Source: Synergistales bacterium (lineage in GTDB: Bacteria > Synergistota > Synergistia > Synergistales > JAFGMB01). Taken from it: a stretch of 64,000 nucleotides of DNA. The position numbers were made by a program, and so were the translations under genes. The notes below the pieces were generated by a model. It was not told the origin of the DNA. It did no database searches and saw only the letters and a list, made by a program, of their open reading frames with translations. Below, in pieces: positions 51,175 to 59,839 of this stretch. The DNA is taken from contig OY762654.1 of NCBI GenBank assembly GCA_963666205.1, positions 2,400,001 through 2,464,000 of the forward strand, read 5' to 3'. How positions within the stretch are numbered: position 1 is the stretch's first letter; every line of letters starts with the position of its first letter.

Positions 51175-52302
51175 TTAAATACACGTGTTAAGACAACATT
51201 TTACAGTTTCCTCTGCACATTTAACCCATGAAAATCTCTTTGCATTGTTTGTTCCTCTACTGGTTAACTTTTTTCTTATCTTTTCATCCGCAGATATTTG
51301 AATAAGAGCCTTTGTCCAACCTTCTTGATCTTCAGGTTTAATCAATAAAGCAGCATCTCCTGCAACTTCAGGAATAGAGGTGCAGTCTGAAGCGACAACA
51401 GGAGTTCCGCATTGCATTGCTTCAAGAATTGGTAATCCAAATCCTTCGAACCTTGAAGGAAAAACCATTGCTGTTGCCAGCGTCATGACTCCGAACAGTT
51501 CTCTTCTTGTTAGATAACCAAGGTGAATTACTCTGTCTTTAATACCGAGTGATCTAATTCTGCTTCCAATAAGTTCCCATCTTTCGTCCTTGTACCCAGA
51601 AAAGACAAGGTTGCATTGTTTATCCTTCATTATTTGTAATGTATCTGAAAAAGCATTGAGCAGCATTAAATGATTTTTATGTGGTGCTAACATTGCAGGG
51701 TAGTAAAAAAAGTTTTGTTTAAGCTGGAATTTATCTTGAATCTCCTTGAGATCAGAAGCGTTAATTGAAAATTTGTCTGTTATGCCTTCATATACAGTTT
51801 TGATTTTATTCTCTTCCAGTCCATAGTTCTCGATTATTCCTTTTCGCGTAAAGTCGGAAATAGCAATGATCTTTTTCGCTTTTGCGAAAGAAAGTCTGAA
51901 TAAGATCTCTCTTTGCATATATTTTGCTTTTGAAAAATAAGATTTCAAATATTTATGTTGAAGGTCATGTACAGTAATAACTTGAGGAATATTTGCTTGA
52001 AGTAATGGTACGCCAAAATTTGCTGGAGAAAAAAGGATATCGACTTTATAACTCTGGCAAAAGTTTCTCAAGAGTATATTTTCTGCTAAAACCCTTCTCA
52101 TTTGGTTGAATGAATGGTTGAAAACCTTAACTATCTCCAGATTTTCACTAGAGTTGAATGTTTGTGATGCTTCAGTTCCACAGAAAAGGATCAAGGTTAC
52201 CTCAGTGAACTTGGAAAGTTCCTTGATTAGTTCCCTGATATATATTTCAGAACCTCCTACTTTCCCGGGTCTGAGGTAAAGCAGGTTAACTCCTATTCGC
52301 AT
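51175..52302 (-). CDS. GT4 glycosyltransferase
   Basis: Motifs TVHDL, PHKN and EGFGLPILEAMQCGTPV. Confidence 0.9.
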   Translation of the reverse strand: MRIGVNLLYLRPGKVGGSEIYIRELIKELSKFTEVTLILFCGTEASQTFNSSENLEIVKVFNHSFNQMRRVLAENILLRNFCQSYKVDILFSPANFGVPLLQANIPQVITVHDLQHKYLKSYFSKAKYMQREILFRLSFAKAKKIIAISDFTRKGIIENYGLEENKIKTVYEGITDKFSINASDLKEIQDKFQLKQNFFYYPAMLAPHKNHLMLLNAFSDTLQIMKDKQCNLVFSGYKDERWELIGSRIRSLGIKDRVIHLGYLTRRELFGVMTLATAMVFPSRFEGFGLPILEAMQCGTPVVASDCTSIPEVAGDAALLIKPEDQEGWTKALIQISADEKIRKKLTSRGTNNAKRFSWVKCAEETVKCCLNTCI

Positions 52303-53539
52303 TGTTTTTCTCCTGTATATTCCTTGGGCAACGTATATTATCTACTACCATGGAACAGAGGTTTCTTCTAGTCATGGACATCTCTATAGATGTTTGTGCT
52401 GGAGATTCCAAGTCGTTTGTTTTCTCATCTCCATAGATAGCAAGTTCTTCGAGATAAGAGATAAAACCTTTGGTGTCACCGTGTTCAATGTTTTTCCCAA
52501 TTTCATTTCCAGTAACTAGACGAGATAAATGAGAATCATCCGGACCAAGCGCAATAATTGGTCTGCCGACTTTCATAGCTCCATATATTTTACAGGGATG
52601 AACAACGCCCACCATTTCATTTCCAATTGATACAACATGTACATCAGCGGCGGAAAGACTGTATTTCAAATGATCAAGAGGCTGGTAGGGTAGGGAAATG
52701 ATATTTTTTGCTCCTGATCGTATCGCTTCTAACACGTTTATCTTCCCCTGGCCTCCACCAATAAATACAAATACAAAACGGTTATCCTTTTCAAGTTCCC
52801 TGGCTGCATCAATAACCGTATCTAATGGGTTTACAGGGCTGTGATTACCGCTGTACATGATAACGAACTTGCCCTCCAGTCCATGTTTCTGCCGAAAGGG
52901 ATTTTCTGAATGAGGAATGGATTCAATATAATTGTCCAGCGGCCAGAGTGGTATAACTGACAGTTTATCGGAAACATCCATCTTACTGTTGAGTGTCTTT
53001 GACATTTCTTCATCGAGAGTAATGATCTTGTCTGCCTGTTTGAGTATGGAGCGGTTAAAAACATTGAACACCTTTGAGATAAATGAATTTTCAGTGGTTT
53101 TCCCCATCCTGATAAGTTGGTCAGGGTTTATGTCCATTGCCCAGAAAATAACCGGTATATTCTTCAACTTCGAGAGTATAGACCCGAAAATGGAAGTCAT
53201 AGGCGGAACGGTTGTAATAACTATTTTATTGATACTACCCATAAAAAGGGTTACCAGGAAGGCCTGAAAAAGAAAGGACAGCTGTCCTGCAAGTCGAACA
53301 ATAATTCTTTTTTTCCCAAAAGAGGAGAATGAAAGCCGTCTTACTTCCACTCCGTCAAGGATTTCATGCCGAGGGAATATCTGGGAGGGGTCATCATAAC
53401 CTTCTCTTGAAGTCAGCACAAGTACCTTTTCTCCACGCTCCACCAGTTCCCTGGCAACATCAGCAAGATACTGGCCGACAGCTGCAGGGTCCGGTTCATA
53501 AACCTGACAGATAAATAGGATTTTCCTTTTCGTCGTCAT
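52286..53539 (-). CDS. GT4 glycosyltransferase (WbuB/WcaI-like)
   Basis: Motifs YEPD, YSGN and VHPCKIYGAMKVGRP. Confidence 0.85.
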   Translation of the reverse strand: MTTKRKILFICQVYEPDPAAVGQYLADVARELVERGEKVLVLTSREGYDDPSQIFPRHEILDGVEVRRLSFSSFGKKRIIVRLAGQLSFLFQAFLVTLFMGSINKIVITTVPPMTSIFGSILSKLKNIPVIFWAMDINPDQLIRMGKTTENSFISKVFNVFNRSILKQADKIITLDEEMSKTLNSKMDVSDKLSVIPLWPLDNYIESIPHSENPFRQKHGLEGKFVIMYSGNHSPVNPLDTVIDAARELEKDNRFVFVFIGGGQGKINVLEAIRSGAKNIISLPYQPLDHLKYSLSAADVHVVSIGNEMVGVVHPCKIYGAMKVGRPIIALGPDDSHLSRLVTGNEIGKNIEHGDTKGFISYLEELAIYGDEKTNDLESPAQTSIEMSMTRRNLCSMVVDNIRCPRNIQEKNNANRS

Positions 53540-53558
53540 GTACTATATGTTGTTCCCT

Positions 53559-54569
53559 TCATTTTTTAATAAGATCTTCAGTTCGATACCATAAATAGAA
53601 TAAAAAAATGTATAGAGAAAAGCCTTCTATTCCAATAGAATCAGGGATATATCTGAAAGAGATTATCAGTAAGATCGTTATCATTATGTTGACTATTGAA
53701 ATTCCAGAGGTTGCCTGCAAGTGTGAAAACCCGCTCTGAACCAGCTTCTGATACCCATGTTCCCTGTGGGCTTCGGTAAACTTTTTCCCCTGCCATATCC
53801 TTTTTACCAGGGTGGCCGTAGCATCTACAATAAATACAGATAACAGGGCCATCCAGGCTATCAGGGGTACCTCGGTCATATTTTCCGAGGCCAGAGCAAT
53901 GACAGCAAAAGTATAACCCAGAAAGCCGCTGCCCACATCGCCCATGAATATTTTTGCGGGGGGCCAGTTAAAAACCAGGAATCCGGCCGCTGAAGTGGCG
54001 AGTATTAGACAGAGTATTGCCATTGAAGTATTTCCTGAAATAAACAACAGCAATGCAGCTCCACCGCTTACTGTTACTGCTTCTCCTCCTGCAAGGCCAT
54101 CGATACCATCCATGAAATTATACAGGTTGGTCATCCAGACTGTCCCAAGAACTGCCAGTGGGTAGCCCATCAGTCCCAGGTGAAGGGTAGTGAAGCCAAG
54201 ATTCATGGAAGGGAAACCGCCGAGCCAGTAAACAGCCCACAGGGCGGCGGCAAAATGGACAGAGATCCTTGGAAGCACGGGAAGGCATTTATGGTCGTCC
54301 ATCCATCCCATAAATGCTATAAGTCCTCCTCCAAGTAGTGCCAGCATTAATTTCATACTTATTGCTGACGTCATTCCCATGAACAGGACAGAACACAGAA
54401 ACACCAGGACGATCGCAAGTCCTCCGCCCCTCGGGATGGGAACAGTATGGGAACTCCTGCTGTTAGGGATGTCCATGATCTGCCTGGATATGGCATATTT
54501 TCTTATAAAAAAAGTCAGTGTAAGGCTTGCGATAAAAGTAAAAAATAGATAAAGGAATAAAGCGGGCAT
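53559..54569 (-). CDS. WbpL/WecA-like undecaprenyl-phosphate HexNAc-1-P transferase
   Basis: Motifs PNSRSSHTVPIPRGGG, GWMDD, NFMDGIDG, KIFMGDVGS and AHREH. Confidence 0.9.
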   Translation of the reverse strand: MPALFLYLFFTFIASLTLTFFIRKYAISRQIMDIPNSRSSHTVPIPRGGGLAIVLVFLCSVLFMGMTSAISMKLMLALLGGGLIAFMGWMDDHKCLPVLPRISVHFAAALWAVYWLGGFPSMNLGFTTLHLGLMGYPLAVLGTVWMTNLYNFMDGIDGLAGGEAVTVSGGAALLLFISGNTSMAILCLILATSAAGFLVFNWPPAKIFMGDVGSGFLGYTFAVIALASENMTEVPLIAWMALLSVFIVDATATLVKRIWQGKKFTEAHREHGYQKLVQSGFSHLQATSGISIVNIMITILLIISFRYIPDSIGIEGFSLYIFLFYLWYRTEDLIKK

Positions 54570-54570
54570 T

Positions 54571-55530
54571 TCAGTCTGCCTTTGCTTTGAACCAGCTACA
54601 GGTTTCCCCTAAACCTTCTTCCAGTGTGAAAGGAGGGGTCCAGCCGAATGATCCTCTGGCTTTTTCTGAAGATACCTGGAGAGAACCAAGTACTTTTTCT
54701 GCTTCTCTTCCTTTGCCCAGAAGCTTTGCTGCCAGGAAGAGCAGGGGGGGTGGAAATGGAAAGAGAAGTTCAGGTTTCCCAAATCCTTTCCTCAGCTTTT
54801 TCAGAAGCTCTGTTGTGGAAAGGTCAGGTTCATCAGAGATATGAAAGATATTATTCCCGGCATCGGATTTTTCAAGCAGATGGACTACAGCATGGGCCAG
54901 GTTTTTTACAAAGATGACACTTCTCATGTTATTCGATGATCCCAGTGGAAGGGGTATTCCCGCTGATGCGATTTTCAGAAGCCTCTGGAAGTTTCCCTTT
55001 ACCTCCGGTCCGAAGACCAGGGGTGGTCGAATAATAACGTATTCCATCCCTTCTCCTTTGGAGCAGAGCTCAATAAGGAGTTTTTCCGCTTCTAGCTTGG
55101 TTTTGCCGTAGTTATCCTCGGGGAGGGCAGGAAAATTTTCATCCAGGGGGGATGTGGATCTTTCTCCTATGGCCTTTATGGAGCTCATGAAAAGGAACTT
55201 TTTTATCCCGGATGAGAGGCAGGCCTTAGTCAGATTTTCCGTCAGATCGACATTGACCCTCTTGTAATCCAGATAGAGATCATGTCTCTCGAGGTCAGGG
55301 GTGTGAGTCCGTGCTATGAGATGGATGACATGAGTTATTCCCTGAAGGGCTTTATGCCAATCCTGGACTGAATAAATGTCTTCCACAATCAGGGGAAGAA
55401 CTTCTGAAGGGAGGAGTGATCCGGTTTCCTTATCCCGTACAGCTCCAGTTACTGTCCATCCCCGGGAGATCAGTTCGCTGCATACGTGCCTTCCTATAAA
55501 ACCGTTAGCACCGGTCACCAGGACCTTCAT
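54571..55530 (-). CDS. WbpK/WbpV-like NAD-dependent UDP-sugar 4-reductase/epimerase
   Basis: Motifs TGANGFIG, SSIKA, YGKTK and RPPLVFGPEVKGNF. Confidence 0.82.
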   Translation of the reverse strand: MKVLVTGANGFIGRHVCSELISRGWTVTGAVRDKETGSLLPSEVLPLIVEDIYSVQDWHKALQGITHVIHLIARTHTPDLERHDLYLDYKRVNVDLTENLTKACLSSGIKKFLFMSSIKAIGERSTSPLDENFPALPEDNYGKTKLEAEKLLIELCSKGEGMEYVIIRPPLVFGPEVKGNFQRLLKIASAGIPLPLGSSNNMRSVIFVKNLAHAVVHLLEKSDAGNNIFHISDEPDLSTTELLKKLRKGFGKPELLFPFPPPLLFLAAKLLGKGREAEKVLGSLQVSSEKARGSFGWTPPFTLEEGLGETCSWFKAKAD

Positions 55531-57428
55531 CAGTATCTCTCCATGGATGGCCCTGATCCTGCGGTGGCCTTTGGAATCATGCTGATATCTGATGTGGAGT
55601 TGAATCGGCAGTGGGGCACCAGTTTTTCAAAAGCCCTGTATATAGCTGCTCTATCTCCTCTATGGGCGGAGGCAAAAAGGTCTTCCAGATGGTCTTCCAG
55701 ATGGTCTGGCAGATTGGGATTTTTTGCGAAAAATATCTTGTCATGTTTCGTGGCAAGGGTGCCTTCCTCGGCTGTAAGGAGTTCTTCAAAAAGTTTTTCA
55801 CCCGGGCGTATTCCGGAATAAACTATATCGATATCAACAGAGGGCTCAAAGCCTGAAAGCCTGATCAGGTCCTTTGCCAGGTCCAGGATCTTTATGGGCT
55901 TCCCCATGTCAAGGACATAGACAGTTCCGTTTCCGTTCATCCCTCCCGCCTGAAGGACAAGTTGTACCGCTTCAGGAATGGTCATGAAGTATCGCTGCAT
56001 TTCAGGATGGGTAACAGTAACGGGTCCGCCCCTCTGGATCTGTTCCTTGAACATGGGCACAACGCTTCCCCTGCTTCCAAGAACATTACCGAACCTCACG
56101 GAGATAAAGGCCTGTCCGGGCGATGCCCTTTCTGCTCCCCGGCGGACGACCATTTCAGCGACCCTTTTTGAAGCGCCCATTATGGATGAAGGGTTCACAG
56201 CCTTATCTGTGGATATATTTACGAAACGCTCTACTCCGGATTCCAGTGCACATTGAACAAGGTTTTTTGTGCCGCCAATATTATTGAATATAGCTTCATC
56301 GGGATTATTTTCCATCAGGGGGACATGTTTATGGGCGGCGGCATGAAATACAACCTGAGGACGACAGGATTGAAAAACCCTGCGGGTCTTGTCCATGAGC
56401 CGGACGTCGCTGATCACTATCTTGTAGTCAGCCTCGGGATAATCCCGTTTCAGCTGGTTCTCAACCTGGAAAAGGCTGTTCTCTCCTCTGCCCAGGAGCA
56501 CTACGCGTAGGGGATTGAAATTCAGCACCTGTCGGACAAGTTCCGAGCCTATGGACCCTCCGGCTCCGGTGATCAGTACGGTCTTGTTATCCAGGTAATC
56601 TGCTATTTCTTCAAGGTGGAGATCCACAGGTTCCCGCCTGAGCAGGTCTTCAACTTCCACTTTGCGTATGTTTGATATGGTTACTTTACCTGATACAAGT
56701 TCATGGAGTCCTGGCATGGTTCTGAATGGCACCCGGGCCTTTCTGGCGAGGTCCATAACATTTCTTGTTACCTCTCCCGGAACGGAGGGCATCGCTATAA
56801 GGATTTCAGATACATCTTCATCTTTAACTACCTGGGGGAGGATGGCTAGTTCTCCAAAAACGGGAAGTCCCAGAATGTTGATGTGATGTTTGGTGGTGTC
56901 ATCATCCAGAAATCCTATAGGGATCATCCCTGATTCTGGATGTTTCATCATTTCCTTTGACATCATTGTTCCGGCTTCACCTGCTCCTACGACGAGAACT
57001 CTTCTGGTTATACGGGGGAGGGGTGATAGGCCGGTTTTTTCATGGTAAAGACGCCAGGCAAGTCTGGCGAAACCCATAAAAAACAATGTTAGAAGCCCAT
57101 CTATGGTGGGTACGGATCTTGGAACTCGAAGAAAAGTGTGCATAAGGAATATGAGAGTTGACTGAAAAAGGATGAAGATACCGCATAATTTTATAATACC
57201 GGTCAGGTCCTGGATGCTTGAATAACGCCAGAACTGTTTGTTTACCCGGAACTGGTTCATAAGGATCGCTTTCAAGGGGAGAGAGACCAGCAGATATATT
57301 CGCATGGATTCCTGGAAAACAGAAAGATCTCCACCGAGCCTCAGCCAGAAGGCAAGGAAAGATGATGTCAATCCGAGGAAAATATCAAGAATAAATTTTG
57401 CAGTTAACATGTGTTTTGCCTTTATCAT
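55530..57428 (-). CDS. WbpM/CapD/PglF-like membrane UDP-GlcNAc 4,6-dehydratase
   Basis: N-terminal TMs; GAGEAG, TGAGGSIGSE, HKHVPLME, STDKAVNP and RFGNVLGSRGSV. Start at MIKAKH after AAGGAG. Confidence 0.92.
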   Translation of the reverse strand: MIKAKHMLTAKFILDIFLGLTSSFLAFWLRLGGDLSVFQESMRIYLLVSLPLKAILMNQFRVNKQFWRYSSIQDLTGIIKLCGIFILFQSTLIFLMHTFLRVPRSVPTIDGLLTLFFMGFARLAWRLYHEKTGLSPLPRITRRVLVVGAGEAGTMMSKEMMKHPESGMIPIGFLDDDTTKHHINILGLPVFGELAILPQVVKDEDVSEILIAMPSVPGEVTRNVMDLARKARVPFRTMPGLHELVSGKVTISNIRKVEVEDLLRREPVDLHLEEIADYLDNKTVLITGAGGSIGSELVRQVLNFNPLRVVLLGRGENSLFQVENQLKRDYPEADYKIVISDVRLMDKTRRVFQSCRPQVVFHAAAHKHVPLMENNPDEAIFNNIGGTKNLVQCALESGVERFVNISTDKAVNPSSIMGASKRVAEMVVRRGAERASPGQAFISVRFGNVLGSRGSVVPMFKEQIQRGGPVTVTHPEMQRYFMTIPEAVQLVLQAGGMNGNGTVYVLDMGKPIKILDLAKDLIRLSGFEPSVDIDIVYSGIRPGEKLFEELLTAEEGTLATKHDKIFFAKNPNLPDHLEDHLEDLFASAHRGDRAAIYRAFEKLVPHCRFNSTSDISMIPKATAGSGPSMERY

Positions 57429-57556
57429 TAATATCTCCTTAAACATTTTAGAGAAGTCCATATATCGAAGGGGATCAGGATCTGCCAGTTGCATGATAAC
57501 CTGGTTTTCTTCAGTATACAGTAAAAGAAGATGCTGAACATGATACTTCTTTCCAG

Positions 57557-57611
57557 CATTATAAATAACAAAGCAGGGAACAGTGAAGTCCCTGCTTTGT
57601 TATTTATAATG
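57557..57611. terminator. Perfect 23-bp inverted repeat downstream of the ferredoxin
   Basis: CATTATAAATAACAAAGCAGGGA-9 nt-TCCCTGCTTTGTTATTTATAATG. Confidence 0.75.
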
Positions 57612-57642
57612 AATGGATATGTTATGTCGAAATCTGGAATTG

Positions 57643-57819
57643 TTAATCCTGGGTGATAGCCTCAACGGGACATACGGGTACACAGCTTCCGCACTCAATG
57701 CATTTGTCGGGTTCTACTTCGGCTTTGCCATCGATCATTGAGATCGCTTCTACTGGGCACACGCCTACGCAGGCTTCGCAGCCTACACATACATCCTTGT
57801 CTACAACAGCTTTTGCCAT
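57643..57819 (-). CDS. 2x[4Fe-4S] ferredoxin (58 aa)
   Basis: Motifs CVGCEACVGVCP and CIECGSCVPVCP; GAGGAGG RBS. Confidence 0.95.
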   Translation of the reverse strand: MAKAVVDKDVCVGCEACVGVCPVEAISMIDGKAEVEPDKCIECGSCVPVCPVEAITQD

Positions 57820-57969
57820 AAAAGATCCCTCCTCTGAAATTTCTCTGACAGACTGATTATACTTTATTTTCCATTTCCAGGGCAAACAGGTTAAAGCTGC
57901 CTCACCGCAAAGACATATCTATTTTGGACCGGGGAGCAATCCCACAAACATGATGTAATGACAATTACT

Positions 57970-58040
57970 GATGCGCTGAAGCGCATCCTATGATTCAGAG
58001 AAGGAAAAAGAACCTGATATAGGATGTGCTTCAGCGCATC
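57970..58040. repeat. REP doublet downstream of the RAYT gene (copy 4, 57970-57991 minus; copy 5, 58019-58040 plus)
   Basis: Two inverted 22-nt ATAG REPs separated by 27 nt. Confidence 0.92.
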
Positions 58041-58046
58041 ATAGGT

Positions 58047-58595
58047 CTATTCACCAAACTCATCGTCAGTATTGAGAGGTGAATAAGGATTCCATTCCTC
58101 ATCGTAAACACCTGTCTGAACATATTTCCTGAAAGTTGACCATTCCCATTCACCTGGTTTTTCAGTCAGTCCATGTTTTACCGGGTTGTAATGAATGTAG
58201 TCAAAATGTTTTATGTAATCTTCTTCAGATATTATGACATGCTCCCAGAACCGTCTTTGCCAGTATCCGGATTCTCTTCTTTTAGCTCGGCTTTCTGATG
58301 CTGGTTTTTCCATTTGTTGATGTTGGGCAAACAGCCTGGAGAAACGTGACTTTATTGAGGCCCAGCGAAGCCCGGATCTTTCATCTTCTTCCGGTAGAGT
58401 CCAGATACAATGGAGATGGTCAGGAAGGATACAAATCGCTTCGAGATCAAATGGGTATTTTTGATGTGTCTTTCGGATACTGGATCGTAACGTATCCACA
58501 GCGGGCCTGTTTGAAAAAAGGGGCATCCGGTTATAGGTAACAACAGTAAAAAAGGATGTTTTCCCTTTCATATGAATTCTTCGGTAATCTGTCAT
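58047..58595 (-). mobile_element. REP-associated tyrosine transposase (RAYT/TnpA_REP, IS200-like Y1 HUH)
   Basis: YafM-like N-terminus MTDYRR...FFTVVT; HUH motif ILPDHLHCIW; WQRRFWEH; YIHYNPVKHG; flanked by REPs. Confidence 0.92.
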
Positions 58596-58614
58596 TTTTA
58601 TTCAGAAGCCTTCT

Positions 58615-58766
58615 GATGCGCTGAAGCGCATCCTATAATTTTATGTTTTAAAACAAGACCTGGCGGTTATTCCTTGTGATGTGTTGAAAACTGTGATGCA
58701 CAGAAGCGCATCCTATCCAACAGGTAAGAATAGGATAATAAGTCATAGGATGTGCTTCAGCGCATC
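58615..58766. repeat. REP triplet upstream of the RAYT gene (copy 6, 58615-58636 minus; copy 7, 58695-58716 minus; copy 8, 58745-58766 plus)
   Basis: Three 22-nt ATAG REPs; copies 7 and 8 are inverted and 28 nt apart. Confidence 0.92.
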
Positions 58767-58788
58767 TTTACAGTTGTAATTTTACGAT

Positions 58789-59805
58789 TTACTTTGACCA
58801 GTAGATGTTTGGTGGATATTCGGGTTTGGGGTCACGGGTCAAAAGCTCTTTGAGCTTCTCCTTTGGAGAGACGCCCTGGTAGAGAATGGAGTTGACCGCC
58901 TGAGCTATTGGCAGTTCCACCTTGTATTTAGATGCCAGTTTTACCATAGCTTTTACTGTGTAGGCTCCTTCGGCCACCTGTCCCAGTTCCTTTTTGGCCT
59001 CTTCAAGACTCTTTCCCTCTCCAAGGGCCATACCAAGGCGGAAATTCCTGGAATGGAAGCTGTAACATGTGACCACAAGGTCTCCCACTCCTGCCAGTCC
59101 GGCGAGAGTGAGGGGATGGGCCCCCATCTTCGCTCCCAGGCGCATGATCTCAGCGAGACCTCTGCTGACAAGGGCAGCGGTTGTATTATCTCCCAGCTCC
59201 ATGGCGCGAGCCATACCAGAAGCTACTGCTATGACGTTCTTTACTGCCGCTCCTACTTCCACCCCTGCCACATCGTGACCGGTGTAAACCCTGAAGACGG
59301 GGCCATTCATGAGTTCCTGCCAGTGCAGAGCTTCCTTTTCTATCTCGGAGGCAACTACTACTGCGGTGGGCATTCTCTGTATGACCTCTTCTGCATGGCT
59401 TGGTCCTGAAAGAACTGAAAATGGTACTTCGGGCATTATGTCTGCAGCGATTTCGCTGATCCTGGACATGGTGGATATCTCGAAGCCCTTGGCGGCATTA
59501 CACAGGTGAAGGGGTTTGAGTTGCCTGGTCCTGAGTTCGCTGATTACCTCCCTAACGGCCTGGGTCGGTACTACGAAAAGCCAGTTTTCGGAATGATGGG
59601 CCGCTTCTGTAAGATCGGTTGTAGCCCGAATTCCCTTTTCGAGGGGATGATTGTTAAGATAACCGGGATTGAAACCGGATTCGTTGATAGTCTTAACGTT
59701 TTCTTCTTCGATGCTCCACAAAAGGACATCGTGGCCGTTCCTTGCAGCAGTGTCAGCAAGAGCTGTACCCCAGCTTCCTGCTCCGAATATGCTTAGTTTT
59801 GCCAT
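58789..59805 (-). CDS. gpsA: NAD(P)H-dependent glycerol-3-phosphate dehydrogenase
   Basis: Motifs GAGSWGTALA, LSGPSHAEEV, KNVIA and GDLVVTCYSFHSRN. Confidence 0.95.
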   Translation of the reverse strand: MAKLSIFGAGSWGTALADTAARNGHDVLLWSIEEENVKTINESGFNPGYLNNHPLEKGIRATTDLTEAAHHSENWLFVVPTQAVREVISELRTRQLKPLHLCNAAKGFEISTMSRISEIAADIMPEVPFSVLSGPSHAEEVIQRMPTAVVVASEIEKEALHWQELMNGPVFRVYTGHDVAGVEVGAAVKNVIAVASGMARAMELGDNTTAALVSRGLAEIMRLGAKMGAHPLTLAGLAGVGDLVVTCYSFHSRNFRLGMALGEGKSLEEAKKELGQVAEGAYTVKAMVKLASKYKVELPIAQAVNSILYQGVSPKEKLKELLTRDPKPEYPPNIYWSK

Positions 59806-59839
59806 GTTTACCTTCCTTTCGAGTGTCTTTTAAAAGAGT

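Noticed and set aside
55679-55713. 12-nt tandem repeat GGTCTTCCAGAT
   Set aside because: Short in-frame duplication (HLED HLED) in the variable C-terminus of the WbpM-like protein, with no evident function.
57970-58766. Short repeats with about 27-nt spacers as a possible CRISPR array
   Set aside because: The repeats alternate in orientation, are irregularly spaced and dispersed, and flank a RAYT gene. No cas genes are present.
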